Below, piece after piece: positions 1 to 13,400 of a stretch of DNA of 64,000 nucleotides. The translations under genes were made by a program, and so were the position numbers. The notes under the pieces are model-generated. The model searched no databases. It had not been told where the DNA came from and saw only the letters and a list, made by a program, of their open reading frames with translations. Origin of the DNA: Antedon mediterranea (Eukaryota; Animalia; Echinodermata); assembly GCF_964355755.1 (NCBI RefSeq), contig NC_092673.1, positions 29,819,648 to 29,883,647 of the forward strand, written 5' to 3'. Within the stretch, counting starts at the first letter, position 1. Each line of letters opens with the position of its first letter.

Positions 1-1429
1 AATACAATAATAAAAAAATTATTTATAAATGTAACGACGACAAATTATTTGGACAGAAAAAATGGACAAAGCCGAAACCAAAAATTAATATTATCAGCAA
101 AAAGATAAAAATGATTTTGATTAGGTTAGGCTTACTTCTAATTATCAACCTCCTCAATATCCCTCCTTCCAATATATAACTGTATTGCACATGTCTTTGG
201 CAAACTAAGAGATGATAAAAACATTTGTTTTGTCCACAACATGAAAAATAATTTTATTTCAGCCAAAGGAGGGCAGTAGACATGATATAGTATCATTGGC
301 TGGCTAGTGTCAGATGACAACATGTCTCTTAGCAACACTTACAATAGTTAGTACACCTGATATGATACAGCAACACACTTAAGTTGAACAATTTTCTTTC
401 AAGTAGGCAAGTATGCAAAACAATTAACCATAAGCATCATAGTAAATAGACTAATTACAATAACGGTATGACTAGTACAAAAGGTAAATCTTAAAATTTA
501 GGCTAAAAGGTTTAAAATATGGGTAAAATTTAAATTTGGCATATTTGAGAGATGGTTTTATTAACAATGTCACTTATTAATTATTTCTGAATCGTATTAA
601 GACAAATACTTAAGTGGCCCTACAAGACGCATCTCATTAGGATGCAATGAAGCACGATGCAAGCTAGTTGACCAATCACAAGCGATGGATTATTCAAACT
701 GTCATTTGGCCAACTTGCCTGCGTTGCACGTTCATCCTTCCGTTGCTTCCTAGTGGGAACCAAGTTTAAAAGCAATTCATTTAATATACCTAATAATAGT
801 TTTTATGGAGAAATTTCCCTTTTAAGGTCGTTTTAGTTTTAATATATAATTTACTTTCTCCAAATTTGAAAGCATATCAGAATTTGCATAGTTTTTACCA
901 TTTCAGCCAAATAGATTGAATTAGCCTATAGTTAAAACTACCACAAATCATAATAGAACAAATAAACAAACAGACAGACAAACAGACAGTATCAAAAATC
1001 AATGAAAGCTTATGCAAACACTTATTAGTAAAAAAAAACCAGCAAAACTACCTTATCTTCTTAAAAATTGTTTTTATACCCATTATAGCAAAATTTGTAT
1101 CATCATTATTTTCATATCAAATATCACATAATATGTACAATACATTATATATACATATATCATCATCAACAACCATTAACATATATCACATTTCTACCCC
1201 ATAATAATAATACTGATTGTCAATCACTTACAACATTGCATCATGTAAACAAGCCTATGCAAATAAGTACATTCTTAATTTTGACTTAAGATAATTGGTG
1301 GAGAGACTTAAAAAAGACAATTTGTTATAAAAATAAATTTGTGAGTCTTATTACTGTATTTACAGCAGATTACTGATTGAGAAGTGAGGCTTGAGGCTTG
1401 TGAGAGGTGGGATAACGTCAGGAAGGTGG

Positions 1430-1498
1430 TCAACTTTTAGTGTCTTTTCTGTGTACTGGTGGAGAGTATGCTGCCTTCACAGGGAGCGGTGGAGGCGG
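1430..1498 (-). CDS. DOCK1: DOCK terminal coding exon (PPPPLPVK...TKS*)
   Basis: ttttcag acceptor, PPLPVK motif, TGA at 1432-1430. Confidence 0.8.
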   Translation of the reverse strand, partial: PPPPLPVKAAYSPPVHRKDTKS

Positions 1499-4400
1499 CT
1501 GAAAAAAATATATTAGAAAATAAAACACGGAAAAATATTGTTTATCTTTATTTTTCTGCGTTTTATTGTCTTAATTATGCCAAGCAAAACGAATTTTCAA
1601 TTTAAATAAAAAATTTCTTTAATCATTCAACTAATCATTTATATGGAGAACAAGCTAGTAGTCAGATTATTTTTTTCATTAAAAGTGCATAGACAAGCAA
1701 GCACTACATAGACACTACATAGCTATGGCTCACACCCATTAATTTACATATGCCTACACTACAGTAGTAACTTGTAGGTATAATTGCCAAAAAAATCAAC
1801 ATGAGCTAGATAGGCCTGTTTACTGGCACTTCCACTGTATATCGAGTATACAATTTCAACATACTCCAGGGAGAAAAGGGATTCATATGAACACTGCCTA
1901 CTAATTTTTATTAAATGTTTTTTATTTATTCAATGTTCTGCCATATACAATACAAAGAAGACAAAACAATTATAAAAGGCAAGGAAATACCAAACAGGTG
2001 CTAAACACCTATGCTAGTTGGTCAACCCAGAACAGAGCACAGAAAAAAAAATGTTATTCACCAGACATTTTTTTCAGGTAGTTGACATAACTTGGTACCA
2101 TCATTATCATTTGGAAAAATGCACAAACCATTTATAAGAGGGTGCTACCACTGTAAATGTCTTATATATTCTTTGTCAATAGCTACTTAACCAACGCACA
2201 GAAATTGTACACACAATGTGAATAGTAGAGGAGGGTTCAATCACTGATAATAATTTCTCTTACCTTATCCTTTGTCACTGGACTAGGGCTGGGGCCAGGA
2301 TCCTTTTGTGGGACCATTCCATTATCTGGTAGGTTGGTGTAATCTGCATAGGCTTGTTTAGGCGGTAACAATGGGGGCTTCTCATTCATTTGATTTATAA
2401 CTGTAAAACATGACAAATACATTAATACAATAAAAACTACTGAATTTGCCATTCATCTAAAAGCCTTGTCTGCACTATCAAACTTTGTGACAAAAAAAAT
2501 GTGATATGTCCATATATGGACACAATTGTGTCATATCAGTACCATATTTGGACAGATGACAACCCTATTTGGGCACATCACATTTTTTTTTGTCAAACTT
2601 TTTTGATAGTGTAGACAGAGCGAGCTGTATGTTTATTCATGGACGATTGAAAGATAAAAGGTTGTATTATACATATTTGTTGGTAAACAATCTTGAAACA
2701 GGGAGTGGCTGAGTTATGGTTGAATTTATAATAATACAATTCAAATACAACCCCCGTATCAGGCCAAAACATGTACAGGATTGTTCAGTTTTCAGACCAA
2801 ATATATATAGAATTGTTCAGTTTGCCTTCACTAGTGGTAAGAGACATATATATTTGTCTTTGGATTTATATGTATATGAACACATTAGGCATAGAACATT
2901 AATTCTAAACCGCCCGGTGATATACAATTTGAAGATGAGGAAATCTGTGAGAATGATAAAAAGTCACCCCAACCAAGATTCGAACCCGGACCTTCTGCTT
3001 GATATGCAGATGTCCTATCCATTAAACCACTGGGGCTTTCATGGTATAGTTTAAACCCGATTGGATAGCAACTCTATAACATTCTCGACGTGGTACGGCG
3101 GAACAGCACTAGTCCCTCAATTATACGCACGCGCACCAGAGATCAAATTGATACGCCCTCATCTAATAGTATTTTTATATTATTGTATTTACAGTGATTT
3201 ATTATTCTTATAATTGATTGTAAATGAAAATAATAAATGTTAGTAACAGTGCATCATGCAGTAAACCACCTGTCTCTTTTCCCTTTCAATCGTTCCTCTC
3301 AGTTTGTATACAAATTGTTGATTATTATCACAATGCAGTCGCAATTATATATCATTTATTTTTGTGACTGCAGTAACACAACAGATATATTGAAATGAAC
3401 ATTACTGTAATTATGATGTAATCATAGTTACATTAATTTTAATTGTGATTACACTACTGTTATGCAATCACGATTACAAATAATGCATTCATAGCCATGA
3501 CCACAAATAAACCGGCTGTAATGATTCTAATAATTGGGTATGAAAATAAATATAATTTGCAAATCATATAAATAATAGGAATAAGCATAAAGGGGTTGTG
3601 AATATTGAACATTATAAAACTTAAAATACATGAACACAATATTATTATTATTATTTTTGTTTATATAAAATATATTTGTTTATGTACTGTAATTATAAGC
3701 TGGTTTTAAAGTTGTTCTATTTGTGTTTCATTGTAAACTTCTTTCTTAACATTCTTAAATTTCTTACTGTAACTTAAGCATAGAATTACCGGTGTACCCA
3801 AAATGCTTACCATGCATTGTCTTGGGCCTCAAGGCTCTGGACTGGGTCTTTTCTTTACGTCGAGGTCTTCTTGATTGGAGCTAAAAATGAAACGACGCAA
3901 TTAATACGTTCAGCCGTTTCAGGTGCTACCAAGATACTATACTACTAACCACCTGACCCAAGTCACTAAATCAGGTGACCACACACACACTACTAGAAAA
4001 CCATAACCTTAGAAAATTGTTTTGTTGTTTGATGAGGTTGTTAAGTAATGAGAAATTCTACAGCTTTTAGTTTAAACATTCATGAATTTATTGTTTTCAA
4101 AAATCTTGTTAGTGATATCTTAGTGAAAAAAATCATTGGAAAAACTAATTTTAGCATAAATGTAAAGCACTGTATTATGTATGTCTATATAAATTAATCA
4201 TGTTTATTTTACCTATTATAAATATCACAAAAAGTAGTTTATTAAATTTAAAGTTATTTATTTTTAGAAATAAAATGAACTAAATAGCTGTAAATAAATC
4301 CATGTTTTGTAGCTTTTTGATTTAAAAAAAATTTAAATATTGTCACAATGTTAATTTAATGGTACAGTAGTACCATATCATTATTATTATATCATCAACT

Positions 4401-7400
4401 TCAATGTAAAATTTTAATGGATTAAAAATGATCAGCAAAGCAATTTAAAATGGATTAATAAAAATAAGCAATCATGCAATTATGAATAAATTAACATGCA
4501 AATAGGATTACAAATTAGCATAAAAGTGTACAAAGATTTCCGATTGGTATAAAAATGACAAAAAAAACCCCATTATTTCAACATTTATATTTCAAAACAA
4601 TAGTGCAATTTGGAAATAAGAAAATAATTTCTGAATTATGAACACTTTTATAAACGATTTGTTTATGAATTTTAATAAAAAATGTAAACATAAATACAAT
4701 GATAATAAAATTACCAAAATACAAGTTGAACATATAAAGATAGTAAACAAACTATAGGTATTTATAAATGACCCATTAACATGAAAGGTACACATTTTGG
4801 AGTCTTACCTTCTCCTCCAAGATGATAGGCTCTGGGCCAGACTCTCTGTAGTTGGAGTTTGTATGATTGTTAACTTTACTATCATCAACATGTACATCAG
4901 CACGGCTGTTGCGTTTAGCGTTCTTGCCAGGAGTGCTGGACTTCTCCTTCTGTGGGGTTCCACCTTTACCTGAACTAATGCTCCTGTCATCAATAAATTC
5001 AATATTATTATTATTACATTTATTTACCCAGGGTAGCCCAAACAGTTAAAAACTGGTTTTCATTGGGGCCCTGCATTTTACGTTATTTGAGGGTAAAGTT
5101 GCTCCTCTCATTTTGAACACAATAAGGTCTTAATTGTACTTAATGTTTTTTTTTTAATGTTCCATATATAGTTATTCACTTTGAGCAAAAAATTGGATCG
5201 AAAAAAATAAATTATTTACCTGAAACAAATTTAATTTAATAGTAAAATTGACTGCCAGCCAATGGGTTTTTGGTTGAATGTAACGGTTTGCTTTTTCTTT
5301 TTATAAGTGAAACATTTTTTTTTCTGTGGATGTGATTAAATTGATTAAAACTACAAAAGGGCCTAGTCAAAATTTGATTTTATTAATCTTTATTTTTATG
5401 TTTTTGGGGGACAATACAAATTTTAAAAATGCATAAAACTAATTTTAATGTATATATATATTATTGTGAACAAGCAATATATCATATATGATTTTACACT
5501 AAGACTTACAATTGATCTGACATTGATATAATACTATTCCTTGAACTGGGTGTATCTCCTGATGAGTTGGATGAAGTTGACCAGACGGACGTTGGTCTAG
5601 AATTTCCGGATACTCCTGAAATCAAATGTTGTCTTCTTAACTTATCAGAAGATGGCAGGTCTTCAATAATCTACAAAAAAAAATATTCATAAATATTCAT
5701 TATTTGTAATTTGTATTTACTTTTTCTTAACATACAGGACCAGAAAAGGAATTGAACCAAGACATTCAAAGTTTGTCCATCAGCATTCATACAACTCTCC
5801 AATTACAGGATAGGAAACCAATACTTTTAAAGTCTCATATGTACTGATACGCAATGGGGACTATAACAGAATTTGAACAAAGGACCCTAGGATTGGTGAG
5901 GAAGAGAAAAGGTGGGTATCGATCGATGGGTCACATGTATTTGAATGCCTCCACCAAATCCCTTTTTCTTCCTCCTTTCTCCTCAAGTAAGAAAACGAAT
6001 TCAATTCAATCCAATTCATGTATTCATGGTAAAACACACTATGATATAGTACATGGTTTGAAATATATTTTGTTTGTTTAAATAAATATAAAAATGAGTT
6101 AAATACATAAAAATTTGGTGAAATACAGATCATCGTCGTCATCGTTAAAAATACAGATAAAATACTTCGTTTAAAATACAAAATACCAGCAATTCTCCCA
6201 ATGTAATACAATGTTGGTATTTTTTATAATTCCAATGTGTTCACCTTTTTGCCATATTTTTGTTCCACAGACTGTTTCCTTTCACTGAATATTTTGTCCA
6301 TTTTCTCTTGCAGCTTCTTCAGGTTTTCTGGCATTTTCTGACTGTGAACTTGTAAGCCAAGCTCAAGCAAAGGTATCTAAATTACCAAAATAATCAGATA
6401 AAAATCAGTTACTTTTATAATACAGTCAGCTTTACTACTACCACCGGACTGTCTGAAAAAATGGAGACTCTCCCAAAAGCAGATGTTTCTTATCTTATGA
6501 TGTTACTATTAAAAACACATTCTGAAAAACAGACATAGGCCAGTTGATAGGTGTCTGGTATTGGGAGAGTTAATACAGAAATACTCAATACTTTATGATA
6601 TCATAAGTTGAATAAGAAAATTAATAATTGAAATTTGTATCATATTGTTTTAAAACTATTTTAAATGCATTATGTGCGTTACCTGCTCAGCAAACAAGTC
6701 CTTAAGTCTGGTAATAAGAACAGTGTCTTCTGGATGCTGTGATATGTACTGCTCAGTACAGAAAGCCTGAAATGATGAAAACATATTAATCTTGCATTTC
6801 TAATTTTATATATCTATAAGTTATAACCTAAAATATTTGTATTTGTCTTCAACTACAGGTGAACCTCCTGTAAGCGGTCACCTCCCGTAAGCGGTCACTT
6901 TTCCCGGTCCTGAGGGTGGCCGTTTACGGGAGGTTTAACTGTATACACAAAAGAAATTTGAATTCAATTGGTACATTGAGAATTACTATATAAAAAAAGG
7001 GTTTTTTTAGATAGGCGAATATCCTAATTTAATAAATTAATTAATTTAATTTATCGTTGATCCTTATCATCCTAGTGTGAATGGGCCTTAAAACTGGTTT
7101 AATAACCTCAACACATGGTAAATCGTTGATCCTTATCATCCTAGTGTGAATGGGCCTTAAAACTGGTTTAATAACCTCAACACATGGTAAATTGTTGATC
7201 CTTATCATCCTAGTGTGAATGGGCCTTAAAACTGGTTTAATAACCTCAACACATGGTAAATTGTTGATCCTTATCATCCTAGTGTGAATGGGCCTTAAAA
7301 CTGGTTTAATAACCTCAACACATGGTAAATTGTTGATCCTTATCATCCTAGTGTGAATGGGCCTTAAAACTGGTTTAATAACCTCAACACATGGTAAATT

Positions 7401-10400
7401 GTTGATCCTTATCATCCTAGTGTGAATGGGCCTTAAAACTGGTTTAATAATCTCAACACATGGTAAATTATTGATCCTTATCATCCTAGTGTGAATGGGC
7501 CTTAAAACTGGTTTAATAACCTCAACACATGGTAAATTGTTGATCCTTATCATCCTAGTGTGAATGGGCCTTAAAACTGGTTTAATAACCTCAACACATG
7601 GTAAAACTAACCCTTTCATACATGGCTGGTCCTCCCATGACAGCGGCATCAATAACACCATTAAGTTGCAGACTTAAGGGGTTGATAGGCAGATTAGCAT
7701 TAGCTTGATGCTGGGTGATTACTCGTTTAAGTTTCTTGTTCTCCTCTTCCATTGTCTCAATAGCATTACGCAATGGACTGATCTCTTCCTGTAGTTTAAA
7801 AAAACACAAATCAAAATCATAGGTTATTATTATTATTATTTCAATCCAGGGTTCAATGCCACAATTCAGGGTTCAATGCCACTATCCAGGGTTCAATCCG
7901 CGATCCAGGGTCCAATCCGCGATCCAGGGTTCAAGCTCCAGATCCAGGGTTCAAGCTCAAGATCCAGGGCTCAATCCTGACCTTGCACATGTGGGTATTA
8001 AGACTCGCTTGATTCCTCAACACAGTTATGACGGATTCTAGTTTGTGCAACTACCAACAACACATTATGCATAGGTTGTAAATTGAAAGTTCACTAATAA
8101 TATACTGGTCGACTCACCGTATTCTGGCTAATGACCTCAAACCAACGCAATATCCCAGGCAGCTCATAATTTGTAACATAATAGGTTCTCTCAATCCACA
8201 TTGTCTGCAAAAAGGTTATTTGTTAATTTATTAAGAATCCTAACAAAGCTTACAAATAATGACTATGTTAATACAGTCAACTCTCCCAAAAACCAGACTT
8301 TTTTTGAGGCCCCAAATTCATTTATCATTAAAAACACATATAATATTAGAAAACCAGACATAATATTAATAGTAGGCCATCCCAAAGGTGTCTGGTATTG
8401 GGATAGTTGACTGTCAAATACATAAAACAGAGAATATTGAGAATTACTCACAGCAAACTCGTTTTCTTTGTCCTTTTGGCCTTTGTGGAATGGTCTTGAA
8501 TAAGTGAAGCGTTGCACCTCATTCACTTCATAGTAGCTACAGAATATCGTGAGAACAAAAGGATAATGGTCAACATTTTTTTACCATATTTAATGAGGGT
8601 GATCCATCCAGCAATTGCTGATCATTTGAGACCCTCAGGTAAGGCAATGATAGTAAAGCATTTTGCCTAATGATGCCATCAGTATGGTACAGATAACCTT
8701 GAATCTTTATTGGGTTCAACTCCCGACAACTCCCAGTCTAATCAGCTGTAAAATGAGCACCTGGTTGAAAATACTAGGTGGCGTGGAAAGGAACTGGTCA
8801 TCCTACCACATAATGCTGAGGCTTAGTAAAATGAGCTACTAACAGCTCATTCTAAGTTCAGAAATGAATACGGGACTTGCCTTTACCTATCCCTATTTTT
8901 TTTTAATGAATTTAGACAGAAAATATGAGAGTAATGTTAATGTATTTTACCTTAAAATCTGGTCACAGATCATTTTCCCACGAAATTCTGATTTCGTCTC
9001 CCTCATTGGTTGCACAGGAACAATTTGCAAGACTAGAATTTGGTTAAGGATGAACTTAGAATAAACTTAATAATAAACTTAACAACAACCTTTAGAATAA
9101 AGTATAAACATTAAATTAAAACTTAAGAATGAACATAGAGCAATTGGATTGAGTTTTTTAACAAATGAAATCCCAATGTCATTGGCGACTCCAGATAATA
9201 ATAATTAAAAAAAGCTAAGCCTAACTTGCAAAAAGGATACTTTGGCCTTTGTTCATTTTCAAGTCAGCATCAGGTGGGGTTGTTTTGTTCATCAATTGAG
9301 CATTTGGAAACTGTTGTTGTAACCTAGCAACAAAATCAGCGAGCCTCTCATATTCTTTGCCTCGAAAGATAAATTCTTTGTTCTAAAATCAAAGAAAAGT
9401 GTGTCAATATATCTTGTTATAAATAAAAAATTAAATGTTCTTAGGATGTGAAGGAAAGAAGGCAGGAAGAACGAATTGGAAACCTACCCTTAGAAACGGT
9501 GGGAAGTTGAGTCCAATGTAGTAGACTTTGAAATATTCTGGTGTTAGCCTTGGTTTCTGTAAGATGTTGTCATAGTAAGATGCTTGGCGTACCTGACAAA
9601 ATAAAATGTTATTAATAATTCACTCTTTAATTCTGTCTCTCAGTGCTATGATAATATAAATAAAAAAACATTTGAAAAATGGTATATTTTTAGTAAATAA
9701 ACTTCACAATCAAAATAAATTCAGATTGGATTTTTGGATATGGATGGGATCCAACTGCTTGTAATTTGTCTGTAATAATTATTTTATAACAAATAATCGT
9801 TTTATGCTGCAAAGGTATTTTTTATGGATAATGTTGTTTATATGGATATAAGATACCGAATGTATATACAAAATTAAATACAGTATCTGTATACTTTTGT
9901 TCTAAAATAAATTTATCAATACACTTACCAATATGGCGCTGAGTTGCTGATAATTAAATGTCTCTTTCTCGCATTGGTCAACTAATTTCTTACAAAGAGC
10001 AATTGCCTTCTCCCACATCTGCAATAAGAAAAATTATCATTATCCATTTAAAGATGTATTGTCCCCCAAAAACAAGACAAATGAAGATTTACTAAATCAG
10101 ACTTTAAATAGGTTATTTTGCAGTAATTACTTCCATCAAAAAAAAAATGAAAACAAAATGTTTTCACTTACAAAATGACAAAATAAAGGGATTCAACCAA
10201 AACCCATGTCTTAGTGATGCTGTATAATGTAAGTTTAAAAGAGAGAGACAGAACGAAGATAAAAATAACTAATTGGTTTACCTTTCCAGAATCAAAGTAT
10301 TCCATAACATTGTAGTAGAGAGCTTCTCTCAGTTCCCTCTCTGTATGCACATGTGGAAACTTCGCAAACTGTCCAAGAAGCTTTTTATCTGACCACTGTA

Positions 10401-13400
10401 AATAATCAAAAAAATCCATTATCATTTTATTAATTTCAGTAAAATATTATGTAAAAATAACACAATGAAGATGGAATGATAAAGAGGTCAAGAAATATCA
10501 GTATCATACCTCAATGGTGAATCTAACATGGTTTAGTAATACAAAGACAATCAAGAAGTATTTATTTTGAGTTTGATTCAGTTCTAAGATATATACTTTT
10601 TTAATTAATGACTTATAACTGTTACCAGTACAGAAATCCAAGTATTATAAATCATTGCTTTGATTACAGCACTTATCTGTTCAATAAAATGTATTATAAT
10701 AAAATATGATGATCAAGAAAAATAAGTGTGAATGCGTGTTTACCTTGAGTTTATCTGCATGTAGTAGCAGTGTGAACCCAGCTTCCGTGAAGTTATCACA
10801 ATCTAGGTGCAAGTCTGCTAATTTGTACAAGTATCTTACATACATCTCCTGTCTCTCAATATCTTTGTAGAAATTCTAAATGATAAAACAAGTGAGATTC
10901 TTGTTAAGACAATTGTAGGTTAAAACTTGGTACACATTTTAAAAAGAGTAGATGCTCGTCTCCCGGTGTGCTGGCCTGGTAGGCGCTGCCCTGCTGGCCG
11001 CCTAAAAAAACCATTTAGGCAATACTAAGCTAAAACTGTGTTTTAGCTGTAGACCAAACGAAAACAAATAAAGGCCTGTGCACACCGAACGTGAAGCCGC
11101 GAAGCGTCATGCGTCACGCGTCATTCGACGGATCGCTTTGAAAGTTGAATTGTCATGCGTCTATTAGTTTTTCTTGTCGGTTCCCACTAAACGCGTCACG
11201 ATGTGCTGATTCGTCGCGATTGCTAGGCCTAGGAGATAGTGGGTTGGCCAATAATACAATGCTACATTTAAAATAATCAGAGAAGATGACTCTGAAGTAT
11301 TTCCTATGTAAGTTTAACCAGAGAAGAGTTAAATTAAAATGTAATTTAACTCTTCCCTGGTTACACCAATCACAGTGTTTGGTTTTGGTGGGAAAATGTT
11401 ATCCTTTTCCAAAGCCTGAAATGTGCATGATTGTATGTATATATAACAAGGACAGAAGAAGATGTATCCAATATCAATACAGTTACAAGAATTAAAGCAT
11501 TTATTGCATGTTGATTACACGTACATGTGATCTGCTGACTGTATTTATTAGTGGTGTTACAAATATCTTTCAACAGAGGTTATTATAACCATATAAAACA
11601 TTTCATATAAACACGAACTGGGAATCTTCATGGGTTTGTCACTTTAAAAATATAAACTATATGCCTATATATTAATGTAAAGTTTTCACATTTATTTTCT
11701 AATTATTATTAAATATTATATTATTCATGACAAAACATACAGTTTTATTCTCATTTGATTAAATGTAATAAATATCCCAAACTCATATTTACACTGTATT
11801 TATTATCTTATGACTTTTTTTTCACATAAATACACTTATTGAAATAGTGAATCATTGTTTTTAAAGGTATCATTAAATATCAACCAGATTTTCTTTTTTA
11901 CTACTCCTGAATACTTTTGCAAAATAATATCAAAATAATAAATTTAAAATGTATCATCCCAAAAAAAATGAAAATTGAAGAAATATTATTATTGTTAAAA
12001 GTGAATAACTAACCCTAAAGTGTTATACTGTATTACACACAACGAAAATGTTTTAAATTATATTTTCAGGAAGACAATATATCTTTTCCAAAAAATGACA
12101 CTAAACTTAAAGATGTATTGTCCCATAGAATCATGAAAAATGAAGATGATTAAAATCAAATTTGAATAGGCCATTTTGTAGTTTTAACAAAGTTAATCAC
12201 TTACATAGAAAAAACCCAACAAAACTTATGTTTTCACTTATAAAATGAAAAACATTCCATTAGCTGGCAGCCAATTTGACTATTTTTTTAGTATTGGAGT
12301 ATAACAAAACATATACATATATTTCCATGTGTTCTCTATTGCTAAAAAAAGACATTCAGTTCAGCTTTCCTTCTATAACCACTTAATAAATACTAGTTAC
12401 AGTCCAACTCCTCCTTAATCTCTTCCATTTTCTATTTAAAAAAAAAATGAAACAAGTATTAAAAAATTGCTATAGTAAGGCATATTGCTCAAATCATTTT
12501 TTTCTGGCCAATGTATGTCACCAACTGACATACCCATTTGCAAAAAGTCTATACAAACCTGTATCAGCCTCATAATTGCCAGTCCACGTTTTTGAGGAGC
12601 AATTGCTCTTAATTCCATGGCAATAATAATACTGGCCGCTTAAACTACTAGCTTGGTCATTGGTGGAGTTTGTAACGCTGGTAATAGCCTGAAGGATCCC
12701 ATTTATCAATGTTCATCTAATTGACCTAAAAAAAACAACAGTATTTATGTATTAATATTACTACTACTAGGCCTATCCTAGCCTTACAACACTAAATCAA
12801 CTAAATATTAGGCCTATAAATATTAATTAATAATAATAAGTAGGCTAGGTACTGTACTCATATTTAGTAGTAGGCTTAACCTAGGCTAGGCCTGGCATAG
12901 CACATAGTAGACTAGTAGGGATTAGTAAGTATTATGTAGGCCTATAAGTACTACTTGGCATGGCCTAGCCTACTAGGGTATATGTAGCCTAGGCTAGGTA
13001 GGCCTAGCTAGGCCCTAGTATTGCCTAAACCTAGGTAGGCCTAGCTAGGCCTAGCCTAGGCTAGAAATAGGCTTGCCAACTCACTTTACAAATTGATCTC
13101 TGACGCGTTTTAGGCCTAGTTTTTCTGGCATTCTTCTACACAGATGTTTGTCTGAAATTATTGTCTTCATGCATTAATCCTTATGTTTCTGTCTGTGTAT
13201 GACTTACTTCCCTTATCGTAAAGACAAGAAGGGTAAGTATTTCCATAAAGACCTCGCTCGTCAGCCACCATTTTTTTGCCGTCGGTGTCGTCGATGAGAG
13301 ATATTCCTGACTTCTGATTGGTTGACGAATGCAAACCGCGCTCGCGACGCCTCAAAAAGTTGACCAAGGTTCAACTTTTGAAAATTCGCGTGCGAAGCCT

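Noticed and set aside
1360-1437. Coding-looking extension ([12 protein letters not shown]...) after the DOCK stop
   Set aside because: Different frame from the Pro-rich terminal exon and no splice route found; treated as 3' UTR unless reads show an indel
2965-3036. Functional tRNA gene
   Set aside because: Atypical anticodon loop, weak stems, embedded in repeat-like sequence; treated as pseudogene or SINE head
7041-7661. 206-aa repeat ORF
   Set aside because: 69-bp minisatellite read out of frame from DOCK exon 39
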